Shown one piece after another: positions 50,616-63,804 of a stretch of 64,000 bases of DNA; positions within the stretch are counted from its first letter, which is position 1, and the number at the start of each line of letters is the position of its first letter. Under the pieces are notes generated by a model that was given only the letters and a program-made list of their open reading frames with translations, was not told the DNA's origin and did no database searches. The stretch comes from Felis catus (taxonomy: Eukaryota), in the NCBI RefSeq assembly GCF_018350175.1, contig NC_058368.1, forward strand, positions 52,640,001 through 52,704,000, read 5' to 3'. The translations under genes were made by a program, and so were the position numbers.

Positions 50616-51656
50616 CCATATTGCCAATGATTTAATGAAGAAACCTAACCGTTTTTCCTCCTGAATGTACCACATTCTGGATTCATCGTTTCCTTATAGT
50701 CTTAAGAGTTATGTTTTTCATCTACTGACTCAACAAATATGTATTAGGAGCAGAATATGAGTAAGAACTCTATAAAATGTAGTGGCTACAATAGCGAACA
50801 CATCTACAGTCCTGCCTCAAACAAAAGAAAGCCATGAAACAAATAGTTATACAAAATATTAATTATTAGCAGTTATGATATGTGCTACAAAGGGAAAGTA
50901 TGAAGTCTTAAGAGAAATTACGACAAGGGAGCCTAACCTAATTTAGGGTCAGGAAAAGTATTTATTTTGTGTAGTTAAAGCACCTTGTACAGTGTTAAGT
51001 ACATAAACACTCAGTACTTGTGGGTTGGCTGGGAGAGCAAGTTTTCTTCAGATTATCAGCCTTGTAAACTAAAGGGACACATCACCACCTCTGGAGTTCT
51101 GAACATCAAATCTGATTCTCTTAGAAGTCCATGTTAAAGAAAGCTGAAAGGGAAAATAAAAGGTTTTCCCCAGGTGAATTCTCCAAACTATTTCGGAAGA
51201 TAAGAAAAAATTTAGGAAGTGGCCGTATAAAGTCAAAGAAAAAGATCACATTTTTCTGGACCATCAGTTTAGATATTAAGGCAATGAATTTTTGACAAGT
51301 AACAGCATGGGTATTATTGAAACCTGGAAGATCACGCTTAGTAGAATATCTACCATACTGCTCAAAAAGGCTTGGAGGTTAAAGAAAATAAAAATATCCA
51401 GGTACACTTTAAGAGTGGATACACTGGATGGTAACAGACAGAACAGAAAAACAGTAACACAGGAGATAAACTATAATCCAGATTTTCATTTTAGAAGGCT
51501 ATATAGCACTTTAAAGTATTATAAAATGCATCACTTTTATATGGTACTATCTACTTGAGACCAATGTAAATGTTTAAGTCCCCCTTGTTCACACCAGATG
51601 TCAGTCTAATTTGGGGGCAATAACATGATTTGAGTGTCTTAAAAAGAAATACTTTC

Positions 51657-52072
51657 TGCCATGGATTGAACTGTATTCTCTACCCACAGTCAAATAAATT
51701 CATATACTGAAGCCCTAACCCTCAATGTGGTGATATATAGGGATAGAGTCTTTAGGAGGAAATTAAGGTTAAATGAGATCATAAGGATGAGGCCTTAGTC
51801 TGACAAGGTATCAGACTAAGGATACCTTATTAGATTTGGTGTCCTTACAAGAAGAGGAAGAGAGACCAAAACTCTCTTTCTTTCAGATATGTGAAGACAT
51901 AGAAAGTGGTTGTCTGCAAGTTAAGAAGAGAGCTCTTGCCAGAAATTAAAACTGGGGTTGATTAAAACCCCTTGATCTGGGGTTTCTAGCCTCCAAAACT
52001 GTGAGAAAATATTCAATGTTTAAGCCACCCAATCTATAGTATTTTGATATGACCACCCAAGCTGACAAATTC
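51657..52072 (+). mobile_element. MaLR solo LTR (MLT1A/B-like)
   Basis: TG start; motifs gaagccctaaccctcaatgtg, ttaaggttaaatgag, ggtgtccttacaagaagagg, cctccaaaactgtgagaaaat, tttaagccacccaatctatagtattttg; CA end. Confidence 0.8.
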
Positions 52073-53548
52073 ACTTTCCTAAATTCTTTCCTCTCTAGGG
52101 TCTAAATTTTAAAGCTCTCTCTTCTGCATGATTTGTAGAATATGTCTGTGCAACTTGAAGGATACACCAGAAACTAAAGCTATGTGTTTAAAAAGCATAC
52201 CTTGACACCTAACCAAGTAGACCAAAGAAAAATAATTGGTCAAAGCACTTCTAGTCAAGGGAACAAAATGGAACAGATGGTTTTATTTGTTTGCACTTAC
52301 TTTTAAACTCTTGAAATTTCATATTTTTTCAATACAAATAGGAGCTCTCCTCAGGTGAACCAGATCTGGGTATTTTCAGCTGTGGTCAGCTTCTCTCTGA
52401 ATCCCACTAGGGTTTGGTGATGCAGAGTAAACAAGGCTATAAATCAAGTGCAATGCATTTAATACCTCAATGCATTGCAAATTGATCTAGAATAGGGGTC
52501 AGTTCAAATTGTTTTTTAAGTGAAACTGTTCCCTTCCCCTGAAGGGAAAGAGTGGAAGTTAGAGCAAATCCTGAAGTTATATGGGGTTTAGAAGTGTGGT
52601 TGCTTGTTAGCACAGACAGAGGCCAGGTTTCGTCAGGCGAGATTCTTCCGTGGTTTATCAGGCTGGAGCCATGGATATTTAAAAACACATCCTGGTGGCT
52701 GGCATTAAATCTGAAATCTGGTGGGCAACCTTTCAAGAAATAAAAGCTACAAACAAAACAGCTTTAGTTCCATTCAGCATGCTGTGGGAAATACAGCTAA
52801 TGGACAAGCATTACTATGACTGGCAAGGCGAGGTGCCAACAAATGAGAGGAGCAGAGTTTCAAACCACCACATAACAGCAACATTTCCTAAGCTTATTTC
52901 ACTAATTTGTCAAAGCAGAACATTATCTGAAGTGAAAGAAAAATGAGGTTGGAATGCACAGGGGAAGGAACTATTTAAAAGTAAAAGCTATGCTTCTTTC
53001 TCTATCAGTTAGTTATCTCTGCTTTGAGTAATCATCGTTTAGTTCTACCATTTTCTGATACCACACTTGGTTTGACTAAAGGCAATGTTTTCTCCTTTTC
53101 ATATGATAAGCAGACAGCAACTTCTAGTAGGATAAATTTCCACTGCCGGCTTATGTCTGCCTTGCCTTTTCCACTGGGAAGAAATGAAGTCTAGTGGTTA
53201 AAACAGAAAAGTGTGGAGTTCTGATATGCCACTCCTCAGGGAAGGATGGAGGGCCATATTCCCTGCTTACTGTGTTTTTTTTTTCCCCTGAAGAAGAAAA
53301 ACTTCAAGTGCTACCTTCCATCCTTTCTCCATCTTTAATTCTCAACTCTCAATTGTATCTTATAATTTTAAACAAACTGTTAAGCAGGTCACTATTTGTA
53401 CTCTCTTACTCGGAATAGAATGAATACTATCCCATCATAAAGAAAGAATAAATTTACTTAACTTTATAATTAAAATTAGTCTAAAATTCAACAAATGATG
53501 CCTTAAATTCTATTTCAGGTAGGCTTTTCACTATAATGGTTAATATAA

Positions 53549-53775
53549 TAGTGTAATGGTTCTCAGTGTAATGTAATAGAGGATGTACTCCAGGGCTGGA
53601 CTACCTGGGTTCAAATCCTATTTCCACCACTTACTAGCTATAGCTGTACAGATTTAGATAAATTAATTTCATCTCTCTAAGCCTCTGTTTCCTCATCTGT
53701 AAATGGAGAACACTAATAGGATATCGCAGGTTGTTGTACCTGGCAAACCGAAAGCATTATACACATGTTAACTAC
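53549..53775 (+). mobile_element. MIR
   Basis: cctgggttcaaatcctatttccaccacttactagct and gcctctgtttcctcatctgtaaatgg core. Confidence 0.75.
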
Positions 53776-54119
53776 TATTAAGATTGCTTTAGAGAACATC
53801 TAAAGGGCATTATGTTAATCCCCCTATTCTCTGTTAGTACCATTAAAGTTATATGTAAAACCAAGTGAAAGTTCTCCAGTCTTAGGTCACATAAAACAAT
53901 CTTCTTGCTGATCAGGTAAGAATGAAATCCCTTCTCCAAAATTCGCCCTGATACAAAGATTTCACCAATAACATAAGCATACACTTGACTTTTAGAGGCA
54001 AGACATTCTATTCAAACCTACAGGTTTCATTGAAAAGAGTCAAATGAAAAGCACATACAATCATAGCACCTAAAATACTGACACAATCTGAAACACTGCT
54101 CTATAAGCAAAATACTTAC

Positions 54120-54208
54120 TTCTGGGGTGATCTGTTATCAACTTCAGCCTTCAGTCGTAAATTCTCCCTCACCAGGCCACCATTTTCCAATTTCAATTTT
54201 TTATTTGC
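54120..54208 (-). CDS. OBI1: OBI1 coding exon 5 (ANKKLKLENGGLVRENLRLKAEVDNRSPQK)
   Basis: ctttttttaaAG acceptor, GTaagt donor. 89 nt, phase 0 to 2. Read directly from the sequence; too short for the ORF track. Confidence 0.93.
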
Positions 54209-55846
54209 CTTTAAAAAAAGAGTTGAAAATAATTAAGCATGAGCTAAGACAACTGCTTTGTAAAAATTATGTCATGAGCCATCTGTATTTTTTAGAGTGA
54301 TATCAGAAAACTGAATACTAGAACATGGCCTTCAGAAACTTAAAATCACCACTGGGAATGACTTGTGAATCTGTGAACACAACCAAGCATTTTTAATCCA
54401 TATTCCCCAAGCACTCTCCAATTCTCCTACCCAGGGAAATAAACAGAGCTATGTTAGTTAGCTTAGAGTCATTAAGGGACTATACTAATGGCAAATATGG
54501 GTTGTTGTTTTTTTCCCTTTTTCACATAACTGAATACTCTAAGCATGGTAACACTATACCACATGCAATTATTTGCAAAACTAATGCTAAGAGTTAATTC
54601 TCATGAATTATGAGCTATGAGATTGATTTTTGGTTGCTCTTTAAAAATAGCTTTTTAGTGATAACAAATCTAATATAATTAAACCACTTGCTTTCTTTCT
54701 TCTAAAGGCTTTCCCGAATGCCCTGACTCACAACTCTGGGACCTCAAAATTGGGTCAATATTTTCTAATAAATTCTATGGCTTCTCTTGATTAAAAAAAT
54801 CCCACTATTATTTTCTTTTTTTGAATTGTCTACTACCTAAAAATTGTCTGACAAAACATCAATTGCTAGAAAATTTAGAAGTTGAATATTGATTTTGGAC
54901 AGGCGAAAAACTAGTGTGCCTCAATTTTAGAGTCTTTTTCAAAGCTATTTAAATTCCTCAGTTATAGCATTTTTTAATTCCAAAGAAGAATAACACTCCC
55001 TAGCCTAGAAACTAATCTCACTAACTTGGCAAGAGAAAAATCTTTGACCAGAACATTAACATTTAAAACATTTTAAGGTAAATGGATCATAAAAACTACT
55101 GTCAACAAAAAGGTTTAAACCAGATTTCAAAAATTTGACCCATGCTTTTGGATAATTTCTAGAACTTCTGACTATATTTACTTGTCCATCCACATACAAA
55201 TGCCCCAAGAGGATGACGAGGTAAGAAGGGCAAAAAACATTCTTCTAGGTACAAAGCCTAGCTCTTTCACTTAGGTTCACTGAGGTTCTCTCTGGACTCT
55301 GAGCAGCTCCTTCCCTTCACTGTCACAAACCAACCAGAACCGTGGAGGGTTAATTCTTTAAGTGACTGACAAACACTACTGCCCCCTCTGAAGATATAAG
55401 GAAAGTCATTTACTTCCTCAAACACAGAGAATGAAGCTCTCAAGGATAGCACCATAAGAGGAGGCACCTAGTGAATGCTTTTTGATGATGATGACAAGCT
55501 TAAAACTGAAGCTCATTTGATTTCTTTCCCCCATTCCTTCATCTGTATCGCTACATTTCAAGGTCTTTCCCCAGTCTTGTGGCTAACATTCTCATTATGG
55601 GCTGGCTGGTTCTTCAACTATCAGAGGTATTTTCAAGTTCAGGAGGTTCAGGTGAGTGAAGATTACAAAGGGCAAAGTTCTGCCTATTTGTTGCACCAGA
55701 AGAGTAATGAGGACTTTGGCTATTTTACATTTGCAACACTGACTGGGTAATGATACTGGCCTCATAATGGTTTCAAAACTCGCTTAGTCCTGGAAACATC
55801 AGAAAACAAGTCCATGTCACTCATTCTAAGTAGACTGAATCTTCTG

Positions 55847-55956
55847 TACTCCTATATTTGATTTATAGTATGTTATTATTTTGTGTTTCACATCCAAAAT
55901 TTACTCCTATATTTGATTTATAGTATGTTTTTATTTTGTACTTCACATCCAAATTT
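55847..55956. repeat. 55-bp tandem duplication (2 copies, few mismatches) in OBI1 intron 4
   Basis: tactcctatatttgatttatagtatgtt...ttcacatccaaa repeated at 55847 and 55902. Confidence 0.92.
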
Positions 55957-57543
55957 TGCTTCCATGTGTTTTAATTCATTTGTGTCCCAGTTTATTGCCT
56001 CATACTCTCTAATACCACCACTAGGCATCCAAAATTAGCTTATTAAATATCCCAAATAATTCTGAAGTTTCAATGTAGCTTTGGGTATTGAATTTAACAT
56101 GTGACCTTTAAAAGAACAAAGAAAAACTGTGTTTTATGGAACTCTTTTTTTCATATAGACTCCCTACACCACTCTTATGAGTAATGTTTTCATATAGATC
56201 TTCATCTTCAAAGAAGCATTTATTGAAATGAAAATTTAAATGAAACTTAATAACTATAAAGGAGACCATGTAGAACCTAATTATGGCTCAAGAAGATAAA
56301 GGGAAGTTAAAAGGGACATGGTAGATTGGTAAATACTATAACTTTCCAGCTGTCTTTCCTTTTCATATCCTCTTCTTACATAAACCAACAGGCTAATGTT
56401 GCCCTTCAATATCTAAAGAAACTACACACTTTCCCTAAATTTGTAACAAACTCAGTACCATTGTATCTGTAGTTTATTTTTTCTCTAAAAGCACTAAGTT
56501 CCCTTCTTTCTCTCATTTTGGCCTTTGTTGAGCCCAAACAACATTAATTTTATACGTGGGTATGTGAAGATGGTTTAGTATTTACACTAAGTTGCAGACT
56601 TCAATGCTACTTAACTTCGCTGAGGATCTGACGGTAGTAGGTGATGGTACTTTTTAAAAATATCATATGGAGCTCATTAATGATTTCAAGGAGGCAGGAT
56701 TCAGTAATTCGGCACAGTAACAATATTTTAAGGGAATGCAGATAGGTTAAATGGGTGGTTGTAGACATGGATACCACAAAACCATCTCCATTCAGCCCAA
56801 CAAAACTCCACTGTGGATATACTTGAAATCAAAGTCAAAGGCTGGTCCCTTTGGCCAACAAAACTCTACAGCACTCAATTATAACCTCTTGTACTAATGG
56901 CATGGATCTCATCTCCTTTCCTAGAGGTTTGCCTTTTTCACCTGTACTTTATCTCGTTGGATGAACGGAAGAATAATTGAAGAAAAATGAACCCACATCA
57001 TAAGCTTTAATACTCCTCTGCATGGAGTATTCTAAAGCAGCTACTCACAGCTTCCTTGGAATTAGTCATTAAGCCTAACTACTAACAATCTTGAAAATCA
57101 GAGGATGGTAGTACTAGAAAATATATAGTCCAAACTTTTCTTTTTATAGGTAGGGAAATGGATACATGTTTGTTTTTATGCATACAGGCCAGTCACTGAC
57201 ATAAGCTTAAGAAAAATTAAGCCAAACCACGAAGAGGGGAAATAGAAACACATCCTTTAAACTGATGTCACTTGTCTACAAGAAGATGCAAACTCATATA
57301 GAAGCACTACAGAGTCTCCAATTATAGTCACAAATGGAACCGCCTGATATTTCTTGGCAGCTAATGACATTTAAGGAGGAAAGAGTTTTCCTATTGCTTA
57401 TAAATGCTCATCCAGAGATTTTTGTCCTTCTCCCACAATCTTCTAATGAGTCAAGATAATATGGCTATTTATACTTTTGAAGGTACTTATAATACAGAAT
57501 TTTAAAAACAACTGTAATAGAATTTTTAAAAACCACAACTTAC

Positions 57544-57792
57544 TTCCTTTAACTTATCCACGTCATCTTTCACTTTTTCATAGATTTCATTCGCTGTTCT
57601 AAGTTTTTTCTTCCACTCTGCTACAGTTTCTGGGTCAATTTTACTTGGATTGTCTGCAATTGGATGTTTGTCTTCAGTTTGGCTGCTTTGCATCAAGGTT
57701 AAAGGATCCAGAATAGTCTTGATTTGTGACTCCAAGCTGAGATTTTTACTCTTAAGGTCTTCTACCTCTTTCTGCAGACAATCTATTTCATC
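57544..57792 (-). CDS. OBI1: OBI1 coding exon 4 (coiled coil DEIDCLQKEVEDLKSKNLSLESQIKTILDPL...VKDDVDKLKE)
   Basis: tttatcAG acceptor, GTaagt donor. 249 nt, phase 0 to 0. Confidence 0.95.
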
Positions 57793-58657
57793 CTGATAAA
57801 GAAGTGCACATCCATTAGATAGACACAGATACTGAACACATATGTATGCTAAACGGAGATCGATGTGTTTTTAAATTTTATACTCAAAATTCTGTAGATA
57901 CACAGATTAGTTACGCATCAGAATAGTTCTGTAGGCAGAAAGTCACGTACAGTTGAAATTCTCAAAATAAAACTGGCATTTCCACTGCTTTCATTTTAAT
58001 TCAGTGATAGTTTCTGGTTAAAAAAATAAAAATGTCAAATCTTTGATTTTATTGAAGATATCCAGAAAACAAGACAAGTCACATGAATTCAACAAGGAAC
58101 CCATTTCCTTCCACTTTCCATTTCAGAATAATTTGTGTCATTTTTAGTTTCACTTTTAACTTTTCTACATTCTGGTTCTTCCATTACCACTATGACTATT
58201 TCAAGTATTAGTTTTCCCCATCTGGAACTGCTTATTATCTTAAACCCAGTTACTAAACATTTGATCTAGAACTCTTTTTTGTGATACCATTTATTAATCT
58301 ATAATAGATATTTCATCTTAAACTAAGACTGTTAGAAATTCTGTTGTTAGAAAATAAACTGGCAAGTAGCTCAATAAGCCAGAACTCTTAAAGGATTAAT
58401 CTGATTAGGACCTAAGTATGATAAATATTAAGTATTTAAGAATACATTTTAGAATTAATATAGATAGTACTATTGCATTATAAGAAAATCACTTTATTTG
58501 TTGGAATTAATATATTAATGAATAAACAAATAAGAATAGGAAAACATATATGAATCAACATTTATACAGTCATTTATTTATGCCTCACTTTATTTCAAAA
58601 GTTTTTGAGGCAACTGAAGCAGTTTCCATGCATATACTTCAAAATATTTTGTGTCAA

Positions 58658-58895
58658 GGGGCGCCTGGGTGGCTCAGTAGGTTAAGCATCCGACTTCGGC
58701 TCAGGTCATGATCTCATGGTTCACGGGTTTGAGCCCTGCATCGGGCTCTGTGCTGACAGCGCAGAGCCTAGAGCCTGCTTTGGATTCTGTGTCTCCCTCT
58801 CTCTCTCTGCCCCTCTCCTGCTCGTGCTCTCTCAAAAATAAATAGATGTTAAAAATTTTTTTTAAATAAACATTAAAAAAAATAACAATAATTTA
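58658..58895 (+). mobile_element. CAN-SINE (SINEC_Fc-like)
   Basis: Full element; TSD aaaatattYtgtgtcaa. Confidence 0.92.
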
Positions 58896-59059
58896 AAAAA
58901 ATATTCTGTGTCAAAATAAGAGATTAGTAATATCCCCTCCTTAGTCAACATAAAATAACAACTGGGCTTAATGGTTACTATTCAAAAACATACATATACC
59001 ATAAGCATGAAACTAATTTGGAAAATTTCCATTCCCATGTCAAATCACCTTCACAAGGA

Positions 59060-59470
59060 AGAAAACTACCGCATGATCCTACTTATATGTGGTATCTAAA
59101 AATGCTGAATACATACAAGCAGACAGTTAAACAGTGGTTATCTAGGGTAGGGAGGTAGGGCAGATGGGGAGGTGGAAGAAACAAGATGGGTCAATATATA
59201 CAAAGTTGTAGGATGAGTAAGTCTAGAGATCTAATGTACAGCATGAGAACTACAGTTAATACTGTAGGCTGAATATCAGAATATTGTAGTACTGAATACT
59301 AGAAATTTGCCAGCAGGGCATATTTCAGTTGTTCACAGAACAAAAATAAAAAAGCATATGATGAGATGGCTATGTTTATTAACTTGACTAATGCAATCAT
59401 TCACAATGGATATGTATACCAAAACATCATGTTGTGCCCCTTAAATACATGCAATTTTTATTTTAAAAAA
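59060..59470 (+). mobile_element. Old L1 (L1MA-type) 3' end fragment
   Basis: Typical L1M 3'UTR motifs (cttatatgtggtatctaaaa, gatctaatgtacagcatg, aaacatcatgttgtg) ending in an A-rich tail. Confidence 0.75.
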
Positions 59471-59854
59471 ATCACGGTTAACATGCAAAAAAAAAAAATA
59501 GAAAATAGCATATTTCACACCAAAATCTCTTTGCTGGTAGCTGACATAAGTATATTTACTTTACCAAAACTAATGAGCATAAATTATCAGTGAGTTAATA
59601 GACAAACCAAATGGAATGAAGGTTATAGTCACTGTTTACCAGAGCATTCATAATGCCTTGTGGGGGCTGGAAGACTGACTTTAACAAGTGAGTTTCCTTT
59701 GTTTCCCAACTTCTTGAGGGAGCAAATACTTATAAAATGATGTCTGTTGACAAATTTGAAATTAAAGAAAGGAAAAAAGAAATGCTTGTATTTGTTGATG
59801 TCTTCTATTTGAAATAGAAAAGGAAAAAAGAAAAAAAGTTCATCAAGTAAGGTA

Positions 59855-59952
59855 TTTTTTTTTGGTAGGCTCCCTACCCAACATGGGGCTTGAACTTACA
59901 ACCCTGAGATCAAGAGTCGCATGCCTTACTGACTGAGGCAGTCAGGCGCCCC
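59855..59952 (-). mobile_element. Short old CAN-SINE
   Basis: ggggcgcctgactgcctcagtcagtaaggcatgcgactcttgatctcaggg head plus short A tail. Confidence 0.75.
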
Positions 59953-59994
59953 TCAAATAAGATATATTTAAATTGGCATCTAAAATAAGATTTC

Positions 59995-60214
59995 GGGCAC
60001 CTGGGTGGCTCAGTTAGTTAAGTGTCTGACTTCAGCTCAGGTCATAATCTCACAGTTTGTGGGTTCTAGCTCCACGTTGGGCTCTGTGCTGACAGCTCGG
60101 AGCCTAGAGCCTGCTTCAGATTCTGTGTCTTCCTCTCTCTCTGCCCCTCCCCTGCTCGTGCTCTGTCTCTCTCTCTCTCTCTCTCTCAGAAATAAACATT
60201 AAAAAATAATAAGA
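59995..60214 (+). mobile_element. CAN-SINE ~110 bp from the OBI1 exon 3 donor
   Basis: Full element; TSD taaaataagatttc. Confidence 0.92.
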
Positions 60215-60324
60215 TAAAATAAGATTTCATTGGATGTTTACTCTAAGAAGTCCAGAGACTGAGATAGCTCAGTTTTACTTTGAATTCAATGCTGTCCTCA
60301 TTTTAAATTGTAAGTATTATTTAC

Positions 60325-60416
60325 CTCATATTCTTTGTGGAGTAACTCAAGTCTAGTTTTCCGAAGGTGCTTCCTGACTGTATGGCTTAGCATAGGTTCA
60401 CTTTCACTTGTCCCTC
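60325..60416 (-). CDS. OBI1: OBI1 coding exon 3 (GGTSESEPMLSHTVRKHLRKTRLELLHKEYE)
   Basis: Poly-T plus gtcctgtAG acceptor, GTaaat donor. 92 nt, phase 1 to 0, frame-consistent with neighbouring exons. Confidence 0.94.
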
Positions 60417-61507
60417 CTACAGGACAAAAAAAAAAAAAAAAAAAAAAAATGTAACTTTCTTTGTGATTTAAACAGTATGAAAACAAAGATAAACTTTTTT
60501 CTTATTGTTTTATATGGTTCTCCAGCTTAATTTCTTCATACTTGGGGCTGCCACTTAGGCCTTTTCTCTATCTTGATCTTCAGAAAAGATAAATATCAAA
60601 TAATGCCACAAGAAATACCTTCAATAAAATATCATGTGTGTTTACTTACCTGTGTATCTTATTAAATTCAATGAAAGCAAAGGCTATATTTTGTTGTCAC
60701 ATTTGTACTACTGCAAAATTTGAATACAAGACAAATGTTAAATAATATAAAGCCAATGGTTATATTTATATTTAACCAATAATTATGTAATATATTATCC
60801 ATATTACCAATTTAAATTTCATACAATTATCAAATGTTTACCTATATACATCACATATAATCATATAGGATATAAATATTATTATAACCAATGTATTCAA
60901 ACATACCTAGTTACTGGTAACACAAATAAAAAGATTAATGTGTCTTTTTACTGAATCTAATAACCCAGTTACAATGGATTATGAATAACAACATTAACTG
61001 TATGCGCATAACTCAATACAAGTACACTCAAAATGAATTCTTCCTGAGAGCTCTTTACTTATGTTATGGTTATTTTCTTTGTACTTCTTAGTATCATGAT
61101 AGCAAAGGCATTTTACAGATGTTGTTTTTCAGGACATTCTATCCAAAAACAAGGATGCCTGAACTATTTTACTTGAGAGAATTTATGAAGTATCACTTAT
61201 ATAAGAATGAATAAAGGCAGGAGAGGGACGTGAAGAGAAGCTGGGGAAATACATTCAAATTATTTTCATCAAGAAAGTTCACAGCAGAAAAATACTCCTC
61301 TACCAGATTTTACCCAGGTACCCAAGAAAGTAACCTTGGAACAATCTCTGATTCTTCTTCAGATTTCTTAGTTCCAAGTCCTACTAGTACTTCGATAATG
61401 GCAAAATGACATCAGTGAAAACTGTCTATTTTCGTCTTCCTCCAAATATACACTATTTAGAGACTGTTTCAAATCTGTTTCTATATGTTTATAAAATAGG
61501 CCCTTAC

Positions 61508-61643
61508 CGATAATCTCTTTGCAAGGATTTTCAGGAGTGATGGGGACTCTGCAAGCTGGACACTGGCTATTATTCTTCAACCACAAATCGATACAAATTG
61601 AACAAAATACATGGTTGTTGATGCATATGACAGGCTGGCGTAC
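61508..61643 (-). CDS. OBI1: OBI1/RNF219 coding exon 2 (most of RING finger: VRQPVICINNHVFCSICIDLWLKNNSQCPACRVPITPENPCKEII)
   Basis: tttcaaAG acceptor at 61645-61644, GTaagg donor at 61507-61506. 136 nt, phase 0 to 1. RING Cys/His spacing; the first CxxC is expected in exon 1, outside the window. Confidence 0.95.
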
Positions 61644-62134
61644 CTTTGAAAACAGAAACATTACTTTTAGTACAGGGCAACAGTCATAACTAGAATCCCA
61701 ACAGATTTAGTTTAGAGCAAAAAAATTGCTTCTCTAGAATACAGTAGTGTAGGTGTTTTAAAGGGAAATTATCTAGGATTTATAAAAAACATTGGTTTAT
61801 AATTTAAACAGCAAACAGTGCTGATGGAAATACGGACATACACTAAACACACAAATCTCTGACTCCATTTAAACAAGCACAAATACTAATACTTTACATT
61901 TATGTCGTCTTATATTTTACAAAGGGCTTTCACATGCACTTTCTCTGTTTTTGTTTTGTTTTAAATAATCCTGTGAAGTAAACACAGGAAACATACATCA
62001 CAAATGAGGTAACCGAAGTGTGAAGCAATTAAGTGGCACAGTCAGGATTAACTATGTGTTTTAACTGTGTGTAGTTGTTTTATAAGACAGAAAATAGAAG
62101 AGAGAAATTACTTCAGTTTTCTGCCTGATACTAG

Positions 62135-62285
62135 TTTGTTTACATATTTATTGTCTATCTCTTCCATTAGAAAGGGAGCTGCATGAGAGCAAGAACTTCC
62201 GTCGTCTCATTCATGCCTAAATCCCTGATGCCTAGAAGGCAGCCTAATACACAGTAGGTACTCAAAAAAATGTGTTAGATTAAGT
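62135..62285 (+). mobile_element. L2 3' end fragment
   Basis: gagctgcatgagagcaagaac...gcctaatacacagtaggtactcaaaaaaatgtg. Confidence 0.6.
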
Positions 62286-62757
62286 AACTGCTATTAAGAC
62301 AGTATTTAACATTAATTAGGTAGGGAACTTGCCAGAGGGAATAATGACTTGATATTCTTCAACCAGCAAAAATTTTAAAATAGAAACCAAAATAACACCG
62401 AAATGCTCAGGCTTTCACTTGATTTACAAAGAAATGTTACTGTGGGACTCAAAACACTGTACAGCATTTTCAATATTTTCCTGTTCTAATCATAAAAATA
62501 CCATTTGAGAGTCCTGCACTAGAGACCAGAAGATCAAGAGAAAGCAGAGGAAGTAGAGAGATAAGGAAGAGACAGAACCACCACAAAACACTTTCTGCAG
62601 AGGAAACGCTTGTGCTGTCCTGTATCTGCCTCAGAAAGACACTATGAGTATTCGTTCATTTGAAAGGGGTCTCCGCCCTCAGAGAAATCACAGCTGTACG
62701 GCAGTTCAAGATAGGCAGGTGATCATTTTCAGTCTCACTGTGAAGAACTCTCTGGTT

Positions 62758-62965
62758 GGGGTGCCTGGGTGGCTCAGCTGGTTAAGTGTCAGACTCTTGG
62801 TTTTGGCTCAGGCCATGATCTCACGATTCTTGAGTTCAAGCCCCACATCGGGCTTTGCGCTGACAGCATGAAGCCTACTTGGGATTCTCTCTTTCCTTTT
62901 CTCTCTGCCCCTCCCCAGCTCACACACACTCTCTCTCTCAAAATAAAAAAATAAACCTAAAAAAA
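62758..62965 (+). mobile_element. CAN-SINE whose tail runs into (GGAA)15
   Basis: Head ggggtgcctgggtggctcagctggttaag; CT segment; A tail. Confidence 0.88.
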
Positions 62966-63025
62966 GGAAGGAAGGAAGGAAGGAAGGAAGGAAGGAAGGA
63001 AGGAAGGAAGGAAGGAAGGAAGGAA
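62966..63025. repeat. (GGAA)15 microsatellite
   Basis: Direct read. Confidence 0.97.
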
Positions 63026-63804
63026 GGACGGACGACTCATTCACTCTTTGGTCTTTGTCTGGCTTTCCAAACGTTTAGATGCTCCCTGGATTATGAACAC
63101 TAACATACGAAAACTAAATAAAAGAAGATAATTCAGCATGCATTTAGACTTCCTTTTAGAGAAACCAATTCTAATTCATTCAGTTCAAATGACTGGACAG
63201 GACTGATCTGAATGAATGAATGAGACCATGAAGGACAGCTTCTCGAACTCTTCTTCTAAAGTGAGCCTACCTACAGAGCAAGGAGTGAATGTTTATCTAG
63301 GACGTATTCTTGGTCAGAGTCTCAAGAGGCAGACAAGTTGGAACTTCCTTTGCAGGTTCTGTTTTTTCCTAAAAAGTCAAGTGATGCGTCCGAGTCCAGA
63401 CCATTATATATTTTTGGGTGTTTTAATTTCATCTTTAAGTCATGAAATGTTTTAAGAAGAAAAAATTTCTCAAACTACATACCAAAAAGATATTGCTTTA
63501 TCTAGCCTGTAGCTTCCTGCAACACACACACACATACACACACACCACATCCCTGCAATACTCCTAGAAGTACATATACCCCTAAATTAAGAAACTCAGC
63601 TAATGAAAGAAAACTTATCTTCTTGGGCTTTTAAAGCAGCGATTTAATGTCTTTTTTTTTTTTGTTTTTAAGTCATGAACTCATCTAAAATGGATGAAAG
63701 CCAATGGTCAAAACATAAAACTGTGCACATTTAAGGAGATTCAAGATGGTCTCCTACTCACTACAGGCTTCCCTCATTAGAAGCTCATTTAAAGGCCATC
63801 AGTA

